Source of the DNA: Pseudomonadota bacterium
Lineage (GTDB): Bacteria > Pseudomonadota > Alphaproteobacteria > Paracaedibacterales > CAITNM01
Reading direction: 5' to 3'
Length of the DNA stretch: 64,000 nucleotides
Assembly: GCA_046309815.1 (NCBI GenBank)
Contig: JBKCOJ010000008.1
Span: forward strand, 63,856-127,855
Of this stretch, positions 25,827 through 36,795 are shown in pieces (position 1 is the stretch's first letter; each line of letters begins with the position of its first letter). The position numbers and the translations under genes are program-made. The notes beneath the pieces were generated by a model. That model worked only from the letters and a program-made list of their open reading frames with translations. It was not told the origin of the DNA and did not search any database.

Positions 25827-27377
25827 TTAGAATTTGTAAGATGCGCCAAACTGTAAGCGTTGTCCTAGGCCTTTGTATTTTAACGTTGATTGACGTTGCA
25901 GCACAAAATATTCTAAACCAAGCTCTAGGTTATCTTCTGGTCTGTATATTGTGTTGATAAGGAATTTGTTGAATTTCTTATCAATGCCTGGTTCAAACCA
26001 TTGCTTGATTGGGCGATTAATATCATTAGACTTGGCTTGCGTGTTTAGCCGGATTTGTGCAACACCGATGCTTGTCTGCCATTGTGGAGTCCAAACATGT
26101 GAGTACCCAGCCCAGAACATGTTCATGCCAATGGCTCTGTATCGTTGTCCTTCGGTGGACGCTGCTGGATCGAAGAGAGCTGATCTACCATTCATCTCAA
26201 GGATATACCAACCAATACCTTTACCTGTGCTGACCCCACCGGTGAAGAAACTGCCACCCGTTGTCATAATTTTTGCCGCGACGTTGGCGCCCCATGCATC
26301 GGCTTTGTATGTTCTTCCATCAACTGTTGTTGCTGCTGTGTTGCCTCCAACTACAGCATTATTTTTAATGCGTAGATCACGATTTACAACGCTGACACCA
26401 ACTGCGCTGCCGCTATCAAAGTTATATTTCACGCGCATGATTAAATCTGGACGTGTTTGCTTTGAAAGATTTCCTGTAGAATCCTGTGTGTTATATGTAT
26501 ATTGAGCAGTGGTAGCATTAGTTGGAGTTTTTGCATAGGATACATAATCACCGCGACTATTTTCTGCAGCTGCTGTTATAGAGAAATTACCTAATTTATG
26601 TGTGTATCTAATTAAAGCGTGTCGACCGTAGCCACCGGAAATTCCATTTAAATCCACCGATGGTAGAATGGCTTCATCGAGATGGAAGGTCGTGTTTGTG
26701 TGTCCAGCTTCTAGACCGCCATAGCTGAGTACGGCGTGGCGTAACCGGAAGGTATACGTAGTGGAAGAGTTAGTTGTGTTTCCGGTTGTTCCGCCGGGAA
26801 CAACGTCTCCCCAATGCGTAGAACCGAAGAAGTCACCTTCTATAAAGCCTTTAACGTCGGTGCCAGATGTATTTTTTACAACAGTATCCAAACGTATTTT
26901 TGTTTGTTTAGCGTGCACCATGAAATGTTCTTTCCAAGAATTCTTTATAGAAGGAGTGCTTGGATTGCGCATCTGTAATGCATAAGGAAGTCGACCTACG
27001 CTTGTTTGTTCACTGGTGTTAGCTTTTGTATCCCGAATCATGTCAAGTTTGACCATTCCGCCAACTTTTACGGCAGCTTTTGTTCCAGGAACGCGCATAT
27101 AGCCTTTATCAAAAACTAGTCCATCATCAGCTTGCTCTTGCACAACTGGCATGCCAGGCGTTGCTTTGCGAGCTTTTGCATGTTTGCTTTCCGTTTTGAT
27201 CTCTTTAACTTCAGAGCCTTGTTCTTTTACTTGCTTGGCAAGAACTTCTAGTTGTTTTTGCAATGCTTCAATTTGCTTTTGAAGGGCAGCTACTTGATTT
27301 GCAGAAGTACTTTCAGCTGCAGCTAAAGGAGCTAAAGATATACCTGCCATTAGCAGGAGAATTGTTGACTTGCTCAT
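25827..27377 (-). CDS. Outer-membrane porin with an N-terminal coiled coil (DcaP-like architecture)
   Basis: Signal peptide MSKSTILLLMAGISLAPLAAA, then the coiled coil VAALQKQIEALQKQLEVLAKQVKEQ, then a long beta-barrel region ending FGASYKF. Confidence 0.75.
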   Translation of the reverse strand: MSKSTILLLMAGISLAPLAAAESTSANQVAALQKQIEALQKQLEVLAKQVKEQGSEVKEIKTESKHAKARKATPGMPVVQEQADDGLVFDKGYMRVPGTKAAVKVGGMVKLDMIRDTKANTSEQTSVGRLPYALQMRNPSTPSIKNSWKEHFMVHAKQTKIRLDTVVKNTSGTDVKGFIEGDFFGSTHWGDVVPGGTTGNTTNSSTTYTFRLRHAVLSYGGLEAGHTNTTFHLDEAILPSVDLNGISGGYGRHALIRYTHKLGNFSITAAAENSRGDYVSYAKTPTNATTAQYTYNTQDSTGNLSKQTRPDLIMRVKYNFDSGSAVGVSVVNRDLRIKNNAVVGGNTAATTVDGRTYKADAWGANVAAKIMTTGGSFFTGGVSTGKGIGWYILEMNGRSALFDPAASTEGQRYRAIGMNMFWAGYSHVWTPQWQTSIGVAQIRLNTQAKSNDINRPIKQWFEPGIDKKFNKFLINTIYRPEDNLELGLEYFVLQRQSTLKYKGLGQRLQFGASYKF

Positions 27378-27613
27378 ATTTTTCCTAATGATAACTACTA
27401 TAATAATTCTTCAAGTGAATGATAAAAATGTAAATGTATTTAGTTAAATTTTTAAATAATGAATAAATTTGTGGCGAATTTTCCTAATTGATCTTTTATT
27501 TAAAGTTTGTCAAAATTTGCCAACTTAGATTTTTGAAATTTAAGAAATTCCATATTTTACATCGCTTGTACTTTTAGATTATCCTTTTTAGATCAGGGGT
27601 TATCTATCGTTTT

Positions 27614-28159
27614 ATGAAAAAAACGCGCAAGCATTTGCCAGATGAAGGCACAAATCGTCGAGATTTTTTAAAGTTGACCGCGACCTCATTTGGGGCTGTG
27701 GGGGTGTGTGCAGCAGCTTGGCCTTTTATAAGCAGTATGAATCCAGCAGCAGATGTGATGGCGGTGGCGAGTATTGAAGTTGATGTTTCTAAATTAGAGC
27801 CAGGACAAAGTATCACTAATCTTTGGCGGGGAAAACCCGTATTTATCAAAAGACGAACTGCTGAAGAAATTAAGGAAGCCCAAGCTGTTGAGTTGCTGTC
27901 GTTGCCGGATCCTCAAACAGATCAAGAGCGATTTGGGAAAAATCCCGAATGGCTGGTGGTAATTGGTATTTGTACGCATTTGGGATGTGTGCCGACTGAG
28001 CGTAAAAATGTGACTGCTTCAGAAGAAGGGTGGCTGTGTGCGTGCCATGGATCACGTTATGATGTGTCAGGTCGTATTATCTCAGGACCAGCTCCTAGGA
28101 ATTTGGATATTCCTCCTTATGAGTTGTTAAACAATAATACCATTATTAAAATTGGGTGA
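27614..28159 (+). CDS. petA: Ubiquinol-cytochrome c reductase, Rieske iron-sulfur subunit
   Basis: Tat-like NRRDFLKL. Rieske boxes CTHLGC and CACHGS. Confidence 0.95.
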   Translation: MKKTRKHLPDEGTNRRDFLKLTATSFGAVGVCAAAWPFISSMNPAADVMAVASIEVDVSKLEPGQSITNLWRGKPVFIKRRTAEEIKEAQAVELLSLPDPQTDQERFGKNPEWLVVIGICTHLGCVPTERKNVTASEEGWLCACHGSRYDVSGRIISGPAPRNLDIPPYELLNNNTIIKIG

Positions 28160-28163
28160 GCGC

Positions 28164-29420
28164 ATGAAAATATTGGAATGGATCGATTATCGCTTGCCAA
28201 TTGTAACGCTGTTTCGCAAAGAACTGAAAGAATATCCCACGCCTAAGAACTTAAATTATTTGTGGAATTTCGGATCGCTCGCGGGTATTTCACTTGTAAT
28301 CATGATGCTAAGTGGAATTTTTTTGGCAATGCATTATGTGCCGCATGTGGATTATGCGTTTGATAGCGTGGAGCGCATTATGCGTGAAGTTAATTTTGGG
28401 TGGTTGATTCGCTATGTCCATATGAATGGGGCTTCAATGTTTTTTATTGTCGTTTATCTGCATATGTTGCGTGGACTTTATTATGGATCGTATAAAAAAC
28501 CCCGAGAATTGCTGTGGATTTTGGGAGTAGTGATTCTGCTTCTTATGATGGCAACGGCGTTTATGGGGTATGTGTTGCCGTGGGGACAGATGAGCTTTTG
28601 GGGTGCGACTGTTATTACAAATTTATTTTCAGCGTTTCCAGGAGGGGAAAGTGTTGTGCAATGGTTATGGGGCGGATTTTCGGTGGGGAATCCAACACTT
28701 AATCGGTTTTTTGCGTTGCATTATTTGTTCCCTTTTTTGATTGTAGGGGTTGTGATGCTGCATATGACGAGCTTGCATCGGTTTGGTTCGAATAATCCGA
28801 CGGGGGTCGAAGCTAAGGCAAACGATAAGATTCCTTTTCACCCCTATTACACGATTAAAGATTTATTTGGTCTCGGGGTGTATTTGTGCATATACGCATT
28901 TATAGTGTTCTTTATGCCAAATTTTTTTGGAGAGCCAGATAATTACATACAGGCAAATCCTTTGGTAACCCCACCGCACATTGTGCCGGAGTGGTATTTT
29001 TTGCCTTTTTATGCAATTTTGCGATCGATCCCCAGTAAACTTGGGGGTGTGTTGGCGATGTTTGGGGCAGTATTTACGCTAATGATTTTACCGTGGCTTG
29101 ATCGCCATCCGGTGCGTAGTGGGCGGTATCGACCGATTTTTTCAAAACTGTTTTGGGTGATGGTTTTAAATATGGGGGTGCTTGGCTGGATTGGTGCTAA
29201 GCCACCTGAAGGAATGTATCTATGGATTGGAAGGGCAGCAACAGCGTATTATTTTGTGCATTTTTGGGTTTTTTATCCATTGCTCGATAAGTTTGAAAAG
29301 GCGAGAGAGAGCCACCAAAAGGAGTCTGTTTGTGGATTGGAAAAGCTGCTACGCCTTGCTGTTTTATGCATTTTTGGGTGTGCTACCGCGTTTTTAATGC
29401 GGTTGAAAAGGAAAAAGTAG
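28164..29420 (+). CDS. petB: Cytochrome b
   Basis: [20 protein letters not shown] and [13 protein letters not shown] motifs. The ATG at 28164 is preferred over the TTG at 28152, which overlaps the petA stop. Confidence 0.95.
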   Translation: MKILEWIDYRLPIVTLFRKELKEYPTPKNLNYLWNFGSLAGISLVIMMLSGIFLAMHYVPHVDYAFDSVERIMREVNFGWLIRYVHMNGASMFFIVVYLHMLRGLYYGSYKKPRELLWILGVVILLLMMATAFMGYVLPWGQMSFWGATVITNLFSAFPGGESVVQWLWGGFSVGNPTLNRFFALHYLFPFLIVGVVMLHMTSLHRFGSNNPTGVEAKANDKIPFHPYYTIKDLFGLGVYLCIYAFIVFFMPNFFGEPDNYIQANPLVTPPHIVPEWYFLPFYAILRSIPSKLGGVLAMFGAVFTLMILPWLDRHPVRSGRYRPIFSKLFWVMVLNMGVLGWIGAKPPEGMYLWIGRAATAYYFVHFWVFYPLLDKFEKARESHQKESVCGLEKLLRLAVLCIFGCATAFLMRLKRKK

Positions 29421-29424
29421 CGTT

Positions 29425-30267
29425 ATGAATTTAGTAATTAGAAATAATAACACTGGATCCCACGTCGGCTGCGCCTCCTGGGATGATAAGATTCCTAATC
29501 ATCGCTCCAGAAAGCGAAGCTTTTGTGTAGTCCAGTTGTATATCATCATTTTACTGGCTGTTGCTACTCTCCATGCTGAACCTGCTGCTGTTCCTCCTAA
29601 GCAGGATTGGAGTTTTGCTTCACCGATTGGGACGTTTGACAGGGCTGCTTTGCAGCGCGGATTTCAAGTATATAAACAAGTTTGTTCCGCGTGTCATAGT
29701 ATTAAGTATATTTCTTTCAGGCATTTGAAGGCGCTGGGATTAAGCGATGCTGAAATTAAGGTATTGGCATCCCAGTATCAAATTAAGGATGGGCCGAATG
29801 ATGAGGGGGAGATGTTTGAAAGACCTGGTAGGCCATCTGATTATTTTCCGCTTGCCTATGCCAATGAAAAGCAAGCACGAGCGGCTAATAATGGTGCGTT
29901 TCCGCCAGATTTATCACTAATTGTGAAGGCGCGTCCTGGTGGTGCGGATTATGTGTATGCGCTTTTGACAGGATTTACGGAGAATCCTGATTTTAAGGTG
30001 GGGACTGGGCAATATTATAATGCGTATTTTTCAGGACATGCCATTTCAATGGCGCCACCTTTAAGTGAAGGGTTGATTAGTTATGGGGATGGCACGAAAG
30101 CTACAGTTGAGCAGATGGCACATGACGTAACGACCTTTTTAGCGTGGGCGAGTGAGCCTGAGGCGGAAGAACGAAAGCGTCTAGGGCTGAAGGTGCTGAT
30201 GTATTTGTTGATGATGACGGGATTGTTCTGGGCGACGATGCGGCGCATTTGGAAAAATGTAAGGTGA
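29425..30267 (+). CDS. petC: Cytochrome c1
   Basis: Heme motif CSACHS and a C-terminal TM anchor (VLMYLLMMTGLFWATM). It has an unusually long N-terminal leader (about 50 aa before AEPAAVPPKQDW), so the true start is uncertain. Confidence 0.85.
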   Translation: MNLVIRNNNTGSHVGCASWDDKIPNHRSRKRSFCVVQLYIIILLAVATLHAEPAAVPPKQDWSFASPIGTFDRAALQRGFQVYKQVCSACHSIKYISFRHLKALGLSDAEIKVLASQYQIKDGPNDEGEMFERPGRPSDYFPLAYANEKQARAANNGAFPPDLSLIVKARPGGADYVYALLTGFTENPDFKVGTGQYYNAYFSGHAISMAPPLSEGLISYGDGTKATVEQMAHDVTTFLAWASEPEAEERKRLGLKVLMYLLMMTGLFWATMRRIWKNVR

Positions 30268-30383
30268 TGGTATCATAATACCATGCTCATTGTTTTTAGT
30301 ATTTCTGCGGTCTTTACGTTTTTCTGTTGCGCCATAGTTTAAAATTCGCTATAAAATTTCAAAGATTCAATAAGGAAAAAATC

Positions 30384-30851
30384 ATGAAAACGACTCAATC
30401 GATTCGTCCTCAAGATGTAAAAAAGAGCTGGCTTTTAGTCGATGCTACGGATTTAGTAGTAGGCCGTCTAGCAGTTGTGATAGCTAATCATTTGCGAGGA
30501 AAGCATAAACCATCCTATACACCACATGTAGATTGCGGTGATAATATCGTGGTGATTAATGCTGAAAAAGTAAAATTCACGGGCAGCAAATTAAAGGACA
30601 AGATATTCTACTGGCACACAGGCTATGCAGGCGGTATTAAAGAACGCTCAATGGGACAAATTTTGTCTGGTCGTCATCCAGAACGCGTGCTTATTAAAGC
30701 TGTCGAGCGTATGGTTCCTCGTGGTCCTTTGGGACGCCAAATTATGCGTAATTTGAAAGTGTATGCTGGTGCTACACACCCTCATGATGCTCAGCAACCT
30801 ATCGTTCTCGATGTTGCAGCAATGAATTCCAAGAATAAAAGGAGCAAATAA
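30384..30851 (+). CDS. rplM: 50S ribosomal protein L13
   Basis: [30 protein letters not shown] is the canonical uL13 start. The track's upstream extension lacks support. Confidence 0.95.
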   Translation: MKTTQSIRPQDVKKSWLLVDATDLVVGRLAVVIANHLRGKHKPSYTPHVDCGDNIVVINAEKVKFTGSKLKDKIFYWHTGYAGGIKERSMGQILSGRHPERVLIKAVERMVPRGPLGRQIMRNLKVYAGATHPHDAQQPIVLDVAAMNSKNKRSK

Positions 30852-31357
30852 TGGCCACGAATAAAGTTGGTCTAGAAGACCTAAAATCAGCAGTATCAAC
30901 CAGTGATGCAATGGCAGCTGGGGTAAGTTTTTCTGCTGAGCCTATAAAGTATGAGAAAAAGGTTGACGCTCAGGGCCGTGCGTATGCAACTGGTAAGCGT
31001 AAGAACGCTGTTGCACGCGTTTGGATTAAACCAGGCCATGGAAAATTGATGGTTAATGGACGTGAAGGCGTAAAGTATTTTGCACGTCCTGTTTTGCAAA
31101 TGCTTATTGGGCAGCCATTCCAAAGTGCAAATCGTCATGGTCAATATGATGTGTGGTGTACGGTTGCTGGTGGCGGACTTTCAGGCCAGGCCGGTGCGGT
31201 ACGTCATGGTATCAGCAAGGCACTTGTGAATTTTGAGCCTGAATTACGCAGTGTGTTAAAGCAAGGCGGCTTCTTAACACGTGACAGTCGTGTGGTTGAA
31301 CGTAAGAAGTACGGTCAAGCGAAAGCACGTAGAAGATTCCAATTCAGTAAGCGTTAA
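30851..31357 (+). CDS. rpsI: 30S ribosomal protein S9
   Basis: [19 protein letters not shown] and the C-terminal [13 protein letters not shown] overlap with rplM. The N-terminal extension is typical of alphaproteobacteria. Confidence 0.95.
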   Translation: MATNKVGLEDLKSAVSTSDAMAAGVSFSAEPIKYEKKVDAQGRAYATGKRKNAVARVWIKPGHGKLMVNGREGVKYFARPVLQMLIGQPFQSANRHGQYDVWCTVAGGGLSGQAGAVRHGISKALVNFEPELRSVLKQGGFLTRDSRVVERKKYGQAKARRRFQFSKR

Positions 31358-31381
31358 TTTCTTACGGATACGGTTACAAAG

Positions 31382-31410
31382 AAAAAGCTCAGAGAAATCT
31401 GAGCTTTTTT
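31382..31410. terminator. Bidirectional rho-independent terminator
   Basis: AAAAA-AGCTCAG-agaaat-CTGAGCT-TTTTT between rpsI (+) and the 789-aa gene (-). Confidence 0.8.
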
Positions 31411-33778
31411 AATGTATTCTTGAATCTGTCAGTATTTCTTTTACGATCTCACCATCATTAATGTAATCGTACACCTCATCAATGGTTTGCAGATGCTCCG
31501 CATGAGGGCGGCAGAACATAGCAAAGGTTTTTTCACTTTTTCGCCCTTGCATGAATTCTTTGTTGGCGGCATATAGTTCTTTTAACGGTTCAGGTTTTTT
31601 TTGAAGATGGTAAGTGGCAGCTAGTTGTACCAAGGCTTCTTCGCGTTCATCATGATCATCTTTACCCAGGATGGCCAGATAATCCTTTAAGCTTGTAATA
31701 AGGTGCTGGTAATCCTCTTGCTCATTATAAATTTCAATGATTTCTTTTAAGTTTTCTTTGCTGGGGTGATGACGCAGCCAATGAATGGCGGTATGAGGAT
31801 CATTTTTTAAGTGATACGCTTTTGCAAGAATAGTGTAGGCTTGGTGTTTGTATTTTTCTTCAAATTTAGAGTGCGTGTTTATTAAAATATGAACGGCTTC
31901 TTCTGGCTTTGAGCGCTGTATATAGAGCTGAGCAATTTTTAGTTGATATTCTGCTCGTTTGTTGATATTCGTGGTTTTTGTGGCGATTTCTGAGAGTAAT
32001 TGTATAGCTTTGTCTAGTAAATCCAGTTTTTCATAGAGAGATGCTACGTGCACAGCGATTGTTTCGTAGATGGAATAATGTACGATGATTTGCTTGTATT
32101 GGGTGAAAAGACCGATGACTTTTGTTGGTGATACGTCTGATGCATTGGTTATAAAAAATTTCTCGAGATAACTGTTTAAAAGCTGATGGAATCCAAGTGC
32201 TACATCAAACTTTTTGAAGCGCGTTAATAAATCTTGTAAGAGTTCAATAATGGCTGGATAGTTTTGTTTCTTTTCTAATTGTTCGATAAGCTTTAGGCAA
32301 ATTTTGACTTCTATATCGTGTCCTCGCGCTTGAGTGCGCAGAATATCAAGTTCGGTAATAATTGAATCGACGGAATCACTGCCATGATCGTGAAAAAATG
32401 TTTCTAAACGTGCTTCGGTCACGTATTCAAAAGGCATTGGGTAAGGGGTTTCATTTTTTGCGATGGGCAGCAATAATTTGTAACCCTGCTCTCGGTCTTC
32501 AAGAGTAAATGTATACATAGCTTTGTAAAATGCCATGAGAGCTTGCGTACTTTCCGTTTGTGGGGCGATATCTTGCAAGATACGTTGTAAAAGTTTTATT
32601 TGGCGTGATTCAAATAGATACGGAATAAGTTTGATGAGAATATACTCCCTTAAATTGACAGGGTAGTTTTTAAGAATGGTTACGTTATTTTCATCAAATA
32701 AAGCAGGTTTATCAAGCTGAGATTTAGATATGTTACGCCAGAGATTAATCTCTGGCGTGTTTGGTAGAGGGGAAAGTGTTTCTAGGCTTTGTATGTATTT
32801 TTGGGATACGCATTGAGCCATTCCTAAAACAAGTTGATACGATAGAGATTTAGTAAAAGCAGGGCGTTCACGTCCTAAAAGGAGAATAGTCTGCATTGCT
32901 TCATCTCCCTCCGCAAGGGCTAATTCAACCCATGCTTGTCGTAGCAAATGCAAATGGCGCTGTTTTTTATCGTAAATAGCTTTTTCTGCTAAGGAATTTC
33001 GGAATGCATTGGTGAGAGTACCAGGCCTCATAAAAGTTATGTTTGGCGATGTGTCAACGCTTTTAAGTTCTTCTTGTGAATGTAGTAGAGGGTCTTTAAT
33101 GGGGTAATAGGCGGCATCTTGGCCTTGCTTTTCGACAGATAGTTGATCACTTTTTAAATATAAGCAGGCTCCCTGAACTGATTCGTAAACATCTGCATAT
33201 CCATATTGAGCAGTATCAAGACCTGTATCAGGATGATCCGTTAGAAGAATGCTTAAATCTTCCTTAGTTGGCATAGTGAGTGTGATAAAAGAAGCATTGC
33301 CTACATTGATAATTCGAAATTGGCCGGCATTTTGGTGATCGAATGAAATTTGATTAGGATTCGGATTATCTTTTAAAAGATATTCCGAAACCATGTGAAT
33401 AGCCCACCCTTTTTCAGTTTTGGTAACCATGGGCATCATTTCAGCAGGGACTTCAAAGGAGAGAATGGTGCAGGGCCTGGATGCTTGAATGTCTGTGGCT
33501 TGTTTAAGAGAGATAAATCCTGCGGGCAATTCTTCTATGGGAGGAATGTTTATTTTTATGTCGGGTTTTTTAGTATCCCAAACGATATACCATCTATCCC
33601 TTAAAGAAAAAATGGCTAATTGAGTATTTTCGGTAGAGTTTAATTGTAGATATCCCGAGTTATTTATAGTAGCGCAGCTAATAGAGATTGGAGAGATGGA
33701 ATCAGTCGCTAAAAGTGACTGAGCATAGCAAATGCTAAAAAGTATAAAAAAAAGCTTGGCAACTGAAGAATGAATCAT
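31409..33778 (-). CDS. Large secreted protein with a C-terminal TPR-like helical-repeat region; function unknown
   Basis: 789 aa. Signal peptide MIHSSVAKLFFILFSICYAQSLLA. The C-terminal half has repeated helix pairs (AEYQLKIAQLYIQRSKPEEAVHIL; AYTILAKAYHLKNDPHTAIHWL; ALVQLAATYHLQKKPEPL). Confidence 0.6.
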   Translation of the reverse strand: MIHSSVAKLFFILFSICYAQSLLATDSISPISISCATINNSGYLQLNSTENTQLAIFSLRDRWYIVWDTKKPDIKINIPPIEELPAGFISLKQATDIQASRPCTILSFEVPAEMMPMVTKTEKGWAIHMVSEYLLKDNPNPNQISFDHQNAGQFRIINVGNASFITLTMPTKEDLSILLTDHPDTGLDTAQYGYADVYESVQGACLYLKSDQLSVEKQGQDAAYYPIKDPLLHSQEELKSVDTSPNITFMRPGTLTNAFRNSLAEKAIYDKKQRHLHLLRQAWVELALAEGDEAMQTILLLGRERPAFTKSLSYQLVLGMAQCVSQKYIQSLETLSPLPNTPEINLWRNISKSQLDKPALFDENNVTILKNYPVNLREYILIKLIPYLFESRQIKLLQRILQDIAPQTESTQALMAFYKAMYTFTLEDREQGYKLLLPIAKNETPYPMPFEYVTEARLETFFHDHGSDSVDSIITELDILRTQARGHDIEVKICLKLIEQLEKKQNYPAIIELLQDLLTRFKKFDVALGFHQLLNSYLEKFFITNASDVSPTKVIGLFTQYKQIIVHYSIYETIAVHVASLYEKLDLLDKAIQLLSEIATKTTNINKRAEYQLKIAQLYIQRSKPEEAVHILINTHSKFEEKYKHQAYTILAKAYHLKNDPHTAIHWLRHHPSKENLKEIIEIYNEQEDYQHLITSLKDYLAILGKDDHDEREEALVQLAATYHLQKKPEPLKELYAANKEFMQGRKSEKTFAMFCRPHAEHLQTIDEVYDYINDGEIVKEILTDSRIH

Positions 33779-33881
33779 TAATGTGTATATTGCGCGTGAG
33801 CGTAAATGTTAAATCGCATATTAAAAGTATAAGTGCGATTGTAAATTTTTCCAAACGATATCAGTGGTTGTATAAGTAATA

Positions 33882-34331
33882 ATGAAAATGCATCATATGC
33901 GTAAGCCCAAAATGAGAGGGCGTTCTTCAAGACCTTTATCAGGTCACCAAGATCATAAACAGTACTCAGAAACAAATGACGTTGGTCGAATTGATTCGAG
34001 ATGTCGTCATAACGTGCAGTACCTTAAGCAGTTTGTTGATAAATTTAATAATTTTGCTCGTGAATCTATAGCCTCCGGTGATAGAATAGCAGCAGAAAGC
34101 TTTTACCAGCATGCGGATCACTATCAACGCATTTTAAATGAGCGCCTACAAGATCGGCTTGCGGTTGAAAAAGCACAACGCGAGGTTGAGGGAGTTCAAG
34201 ATGAATCCAGAAATGTTTACCCAATCGATGCAGCAAACGTTGCAAACAGCTCAAACGTTAGCGGCGACGAAGAAAAACCAGCAGCTAAGCCCGTGGCACG
34301 TTCTGGCCGCGCTGCTAGAGTCGTCGAATGA
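33882..34331 (+). CDS. DUF4167-domain protein (alphaproteobacterial conserved)
   Basis: A basic N-terminus ([12 protein letters not shown]) and the conserved core [35 protein letters not shown]. Its 3' end overlaps clpB by 131 nt out of frame. Confidence 0.7.
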   Translation: MKMHHMRKPKMRGRSSRPLSGHQDHKQYSETNDVGRIDSRCRHNVQYLKQFVDKFNNFARESIASGDRIAAESFYQHADHYQRILNERLQDRLAVEKAQREVEGVQDESRNVYPIDAANVANSSNVSGDEEKPAAKPVARSGRAARVVE

Positions 34332-36795
34332 TTTAGGGGCAAGACTCCTTGAAAAATTAGGGGTTAATCTTATCGTTTTAAAAAATGCATGCGCTCAGGA
34401 AATTGAGCGTCTTCCAAAAGTTGAAGGTGCCGCTGAGCAGATGTATTTATCGCGTGAGTTGATTCAAGTGTTAGAAACAGCTCAAAACAATTCGAAAAAA
34501 ATTCAAGATACATATACCGGCGTTGATATGGTGATGCTGGCGCTAAGTGCGACCTCACCTTTCAGAGAATTTTTTGAAAAGCATGGTATTTCTTCATCAA
34601 AACTTAATTCAGTTATTAATGAAATGCGAAAGGGCCAACGTATGGATACGCAAACAGCTGATGAAAACTTAGAAGCACTTGAAAAGTATGCGAGGGATCT
34701 AACAGATGTAGCGAAAAAAGGAAAGCTAGATCCGGTGATTGGGCGTGATGAAGAGATTCGCCGCACGATTCAGGTTTTAACGCGTCGCACAAAAAATAAT
34801 CCGGTTTTAATTGGTGAGCCTGGTGTTGGTAAAACAGCGATTGCAGAAGGTCTTGCCTTGCGGATTGTAAATGGTGATGTGCCCGAATCCATGAAAAATA
34901 CGCGTTTAATGGCTCTAGATTTAGGGGCTTTACTTGCAGGTGCAAAATTTCGTGGAGAGTTTGAAGAGCGGCTGAAGGCCGTTTTAAATGAAATTACGAA
35001 AGCAGAAGGCGAAGTAATTTTATTTATTGATGAATTGCATACGCTGGTAGGAGCTGGAAAAACGGACGGAGCCATGGATGCTTCGAATATGTTAAAACCT
35101 GCGCTGGCTAGGGGTGAGCTGCATTGTATTGGGGCGACAACGCTTGATGAGTATCGTTTGCATATCGAAAAAGATCCAGCACTTGCAAGGCGCTTTCAGC
35201 CGGTGATGGTTGAAGAACCAAGCGTTGAGGATAGCATTTCGATTTTGCGCGGGCTTAAAGAGAAATACGAATTACACCATGGTATTCGCATTAGTGATAG
35301 TGCGATTGTGGCGTCTTGTACCTATTCGAATCGGTATATTAGTGATCGTTTTTTGCCGGATAAAGCGATTGATCTAATGGATGAGGCTGCTAGTCGACTA
35401 CGCATGATTGTAGATTCTAAGCCAGAAGACATTGATGAATTGGATAGACGCATTATTCAATTAAAGATTGAGCGAGAGGCCTTAAAAAAGGAGACAGATG
35501 AGGCATCAAAAGATCGTCTTGAAAAGTTAGAAAAAGAGCTTGCCGATTTGGAAGAAAAATCTCGAGTTCTCTCGGATGCATGGCAAAAGGATAAGAAATC
35601 TATTGCTGAAATAAGACATTTAAAAGCAGAGATTGATAGATTGAAATCGGATGCAGAAGTCGCTCAGCGCCGTGGTGATTTAGGTAAGGCCAGTGAAATC
35701 ATGTATGGTAAGCTGCCAACTCTGGAAGCAAAGCTTGAAGAAAGTTCTCAAAAGAGTGATAAAAGTGCGGGTGTGCAAGAGCAAATTACGGCAGAAGATA
35801 TTGCTCTTGTGGTCTCGCGCTGGACCGGTATCCCAGTTGAAAAGATGCTGGAGAGCGAAAAATCAAAGCTTTTAAAAATTGAAGAGCATATCCATGCGCG
35901 AGTAATTGGACAAAATGAAGCGATTACAGCGATTGCAAACGCAATACGGCGATCAAGAGCGGGGCTTCAAGACCCAAATCGTCCGATGGGTTCGTTCTTA
36001 TTTTTAGGACCTACGGGTGTTGGTAAGACAGAAGTTTGTAAAGCGTTGGCAGAATTTTTATTTGATGATGAAGCAAGCATGGTGCGCATTGATATGTCGG
36101 AATACATGGAAAAGCATAGTGTCGCAAGGCTGATTGGCGCACCTCCTGGGTATGTTGGGTATGAGCAAGGTGGTGAGTTAACAGAGAGTATACGTCGTCG
36201 CCCTTATGCCGTGATTTTGTTCGATGAAGTAGAAAAAGCGCATCGCGATGTTTTCAATTTACTGCTGCAAGTACTAGATGATGGGCGTTTGACGGATTCG
36301 CAAGGACATACGGTTGATTTTAAAAATACAATTATCATTTTAACGTCAAATCTTGGATCAGAGGCGCTTGCCCATCAGCCAGAAGATGAAACAGTAATTA
36401 TTCCAAAAGTGCGTGATCAAGTGATGCATACAGTCCGTGAAGAGTTTCGTCCTGAATTTTTGAATCGCTTAGATGAGATGCTAATTTTTAATCGGTTGCA
36501 AAAAGCTGACATGGTGAAGATTGTTGAAATTCAACTGAAGCAGCTCGCAAAAAGATTAGAAGATAAAAAGCTTACTCTAACTTGGGATGAGAAGGCCGCA
36601 GCAATGTTGGCAGATTTGGGGTATGATCCTGTGTATGGTGCGCGTCCTTTAAAACGCGTTATACAACGATTGGTGCAAGATCCTTTAGCCCTAAAGATTT
36701 TAGAAGGAACAGTGAAGGTGGGCGAACAGTTGATTTTAACACAAAAGAATGATGCACTAGAGATAAAATCAACATTGGCACAAAAGGTTGCTTAA
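34201..36795 (+). CDS. clpB: ATP-dependent chaperone/disaggregase ClpB
   Basis: N-domain, two AAA+ modules ([16 protein letters not shown]) and a long middle coiled coil. ATG at 34201 ([12 protein letters not shown]) with a GAGGGA RBS. The track's start at 34138 is an upstream extension. Confidence 0.95.
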   Translation: MNPEMFTQSMQQTLQTAQTLAATKKNQQLSPWHVLAALLESSNDLGARLLEKLGVNLIVLKNACAQEIERLPKVEGAAEQMYLSRELIQVLETAQNNSKKIQDTYTGVDMVMLALSATSPFREFFEKHGISSSKLNSVINEMRKGQRMDTQTADENLEALEKYARDLTDVAKKGKLDPVIGRDEEIRRTIQVLTRRTKNNPVLIGEPGVGKTAIAEGLALRIVNGDVPESMKNTRLMALDLGALLAGAKFRGEFEERLKAVLNEITKAEGEVILFIDELHTLVGAGKTDGAMDASNMLKPALARGELHCIGATTLDEYRLHIEKDPALARRFQPVMVEEPSVEDSISILRGLKEKYELHHGIRISDSAIVASCTYSNRYISDRFLPDKAIDLMDEAASRLRMIVDSKPEDIDELDRRIIQLKIEREALKKETDEASKDRLEKLEKELADLEEKSRVLSDAWQKDKKSIAEIRHLKAEIDRLKSDAEVAQRRGDLGKASEIMYGKLPTLEAKLEESSQKSDKSAGVQEQITAEDIALVVSRWTGIPVEKMLESEKSKLLKIEEHIHARVIGQNEAITAIANAIRRSRAGLQDPNRPMGSFLFLGPTGVGKTEVCKALAEFLFDDEASMVRIDMSEYMEKHSVARLIGAPPGYVGYEQGGELTESIRRRPYAVILFDEVEKAHRDVFNLLLQVLDDGRLTDSQGHTVDFKNTIIILTSNLGSEALAHQPEDETVIIPKVRDQVMHTVREEFRPEFLNRLDEMLIFNRLQKADMVKIVEIQLKQLAKRLEDKKLTLTWDEKAAAMLADLGYDPVYGARPLKRVIQRLVQDPLALKILEGTVKVGEQLILTQKNDALEIKSTLAQKVA

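Noticed and set aside
25951-26505. 184-aa ORF on the plus strand inside the porin gene (also 26761..26985)
   Set aside because: It is antisense to a gene with strong porin features (signal peptide, coiled coil, terminal YKF). It has no RBS or homology cues. It is a typical shadow ORF.
33778-33975. 65-aa minus-strand ORF upstream of the 789-aa gene
   Set aside because: It overlaps the DUF4167 gene start region on the opposite strand. It has no RBS or recognisable features and is likely spurious.
34138-34200. N-terminal extensions proposed by the ORF track (clpB from 34138; similarly 30327 rplM, 43764 ettA, 10698 transaldolase, 12205 greA, 17211 omp, 19497 tgt, 39934 merR)
   Set aside because: Family N-termini align with internal ATG codons that also have better RBSs. 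The extensions start at alternative or out-of-context codons.
34370-35075. Several 60-110-aa minus-strand ORFs inside clpB
   Set aside because: The ClpB frame is unambiguous (Walker motifs, full-length collinearity). The antisense ORFs are compositional artefacts.
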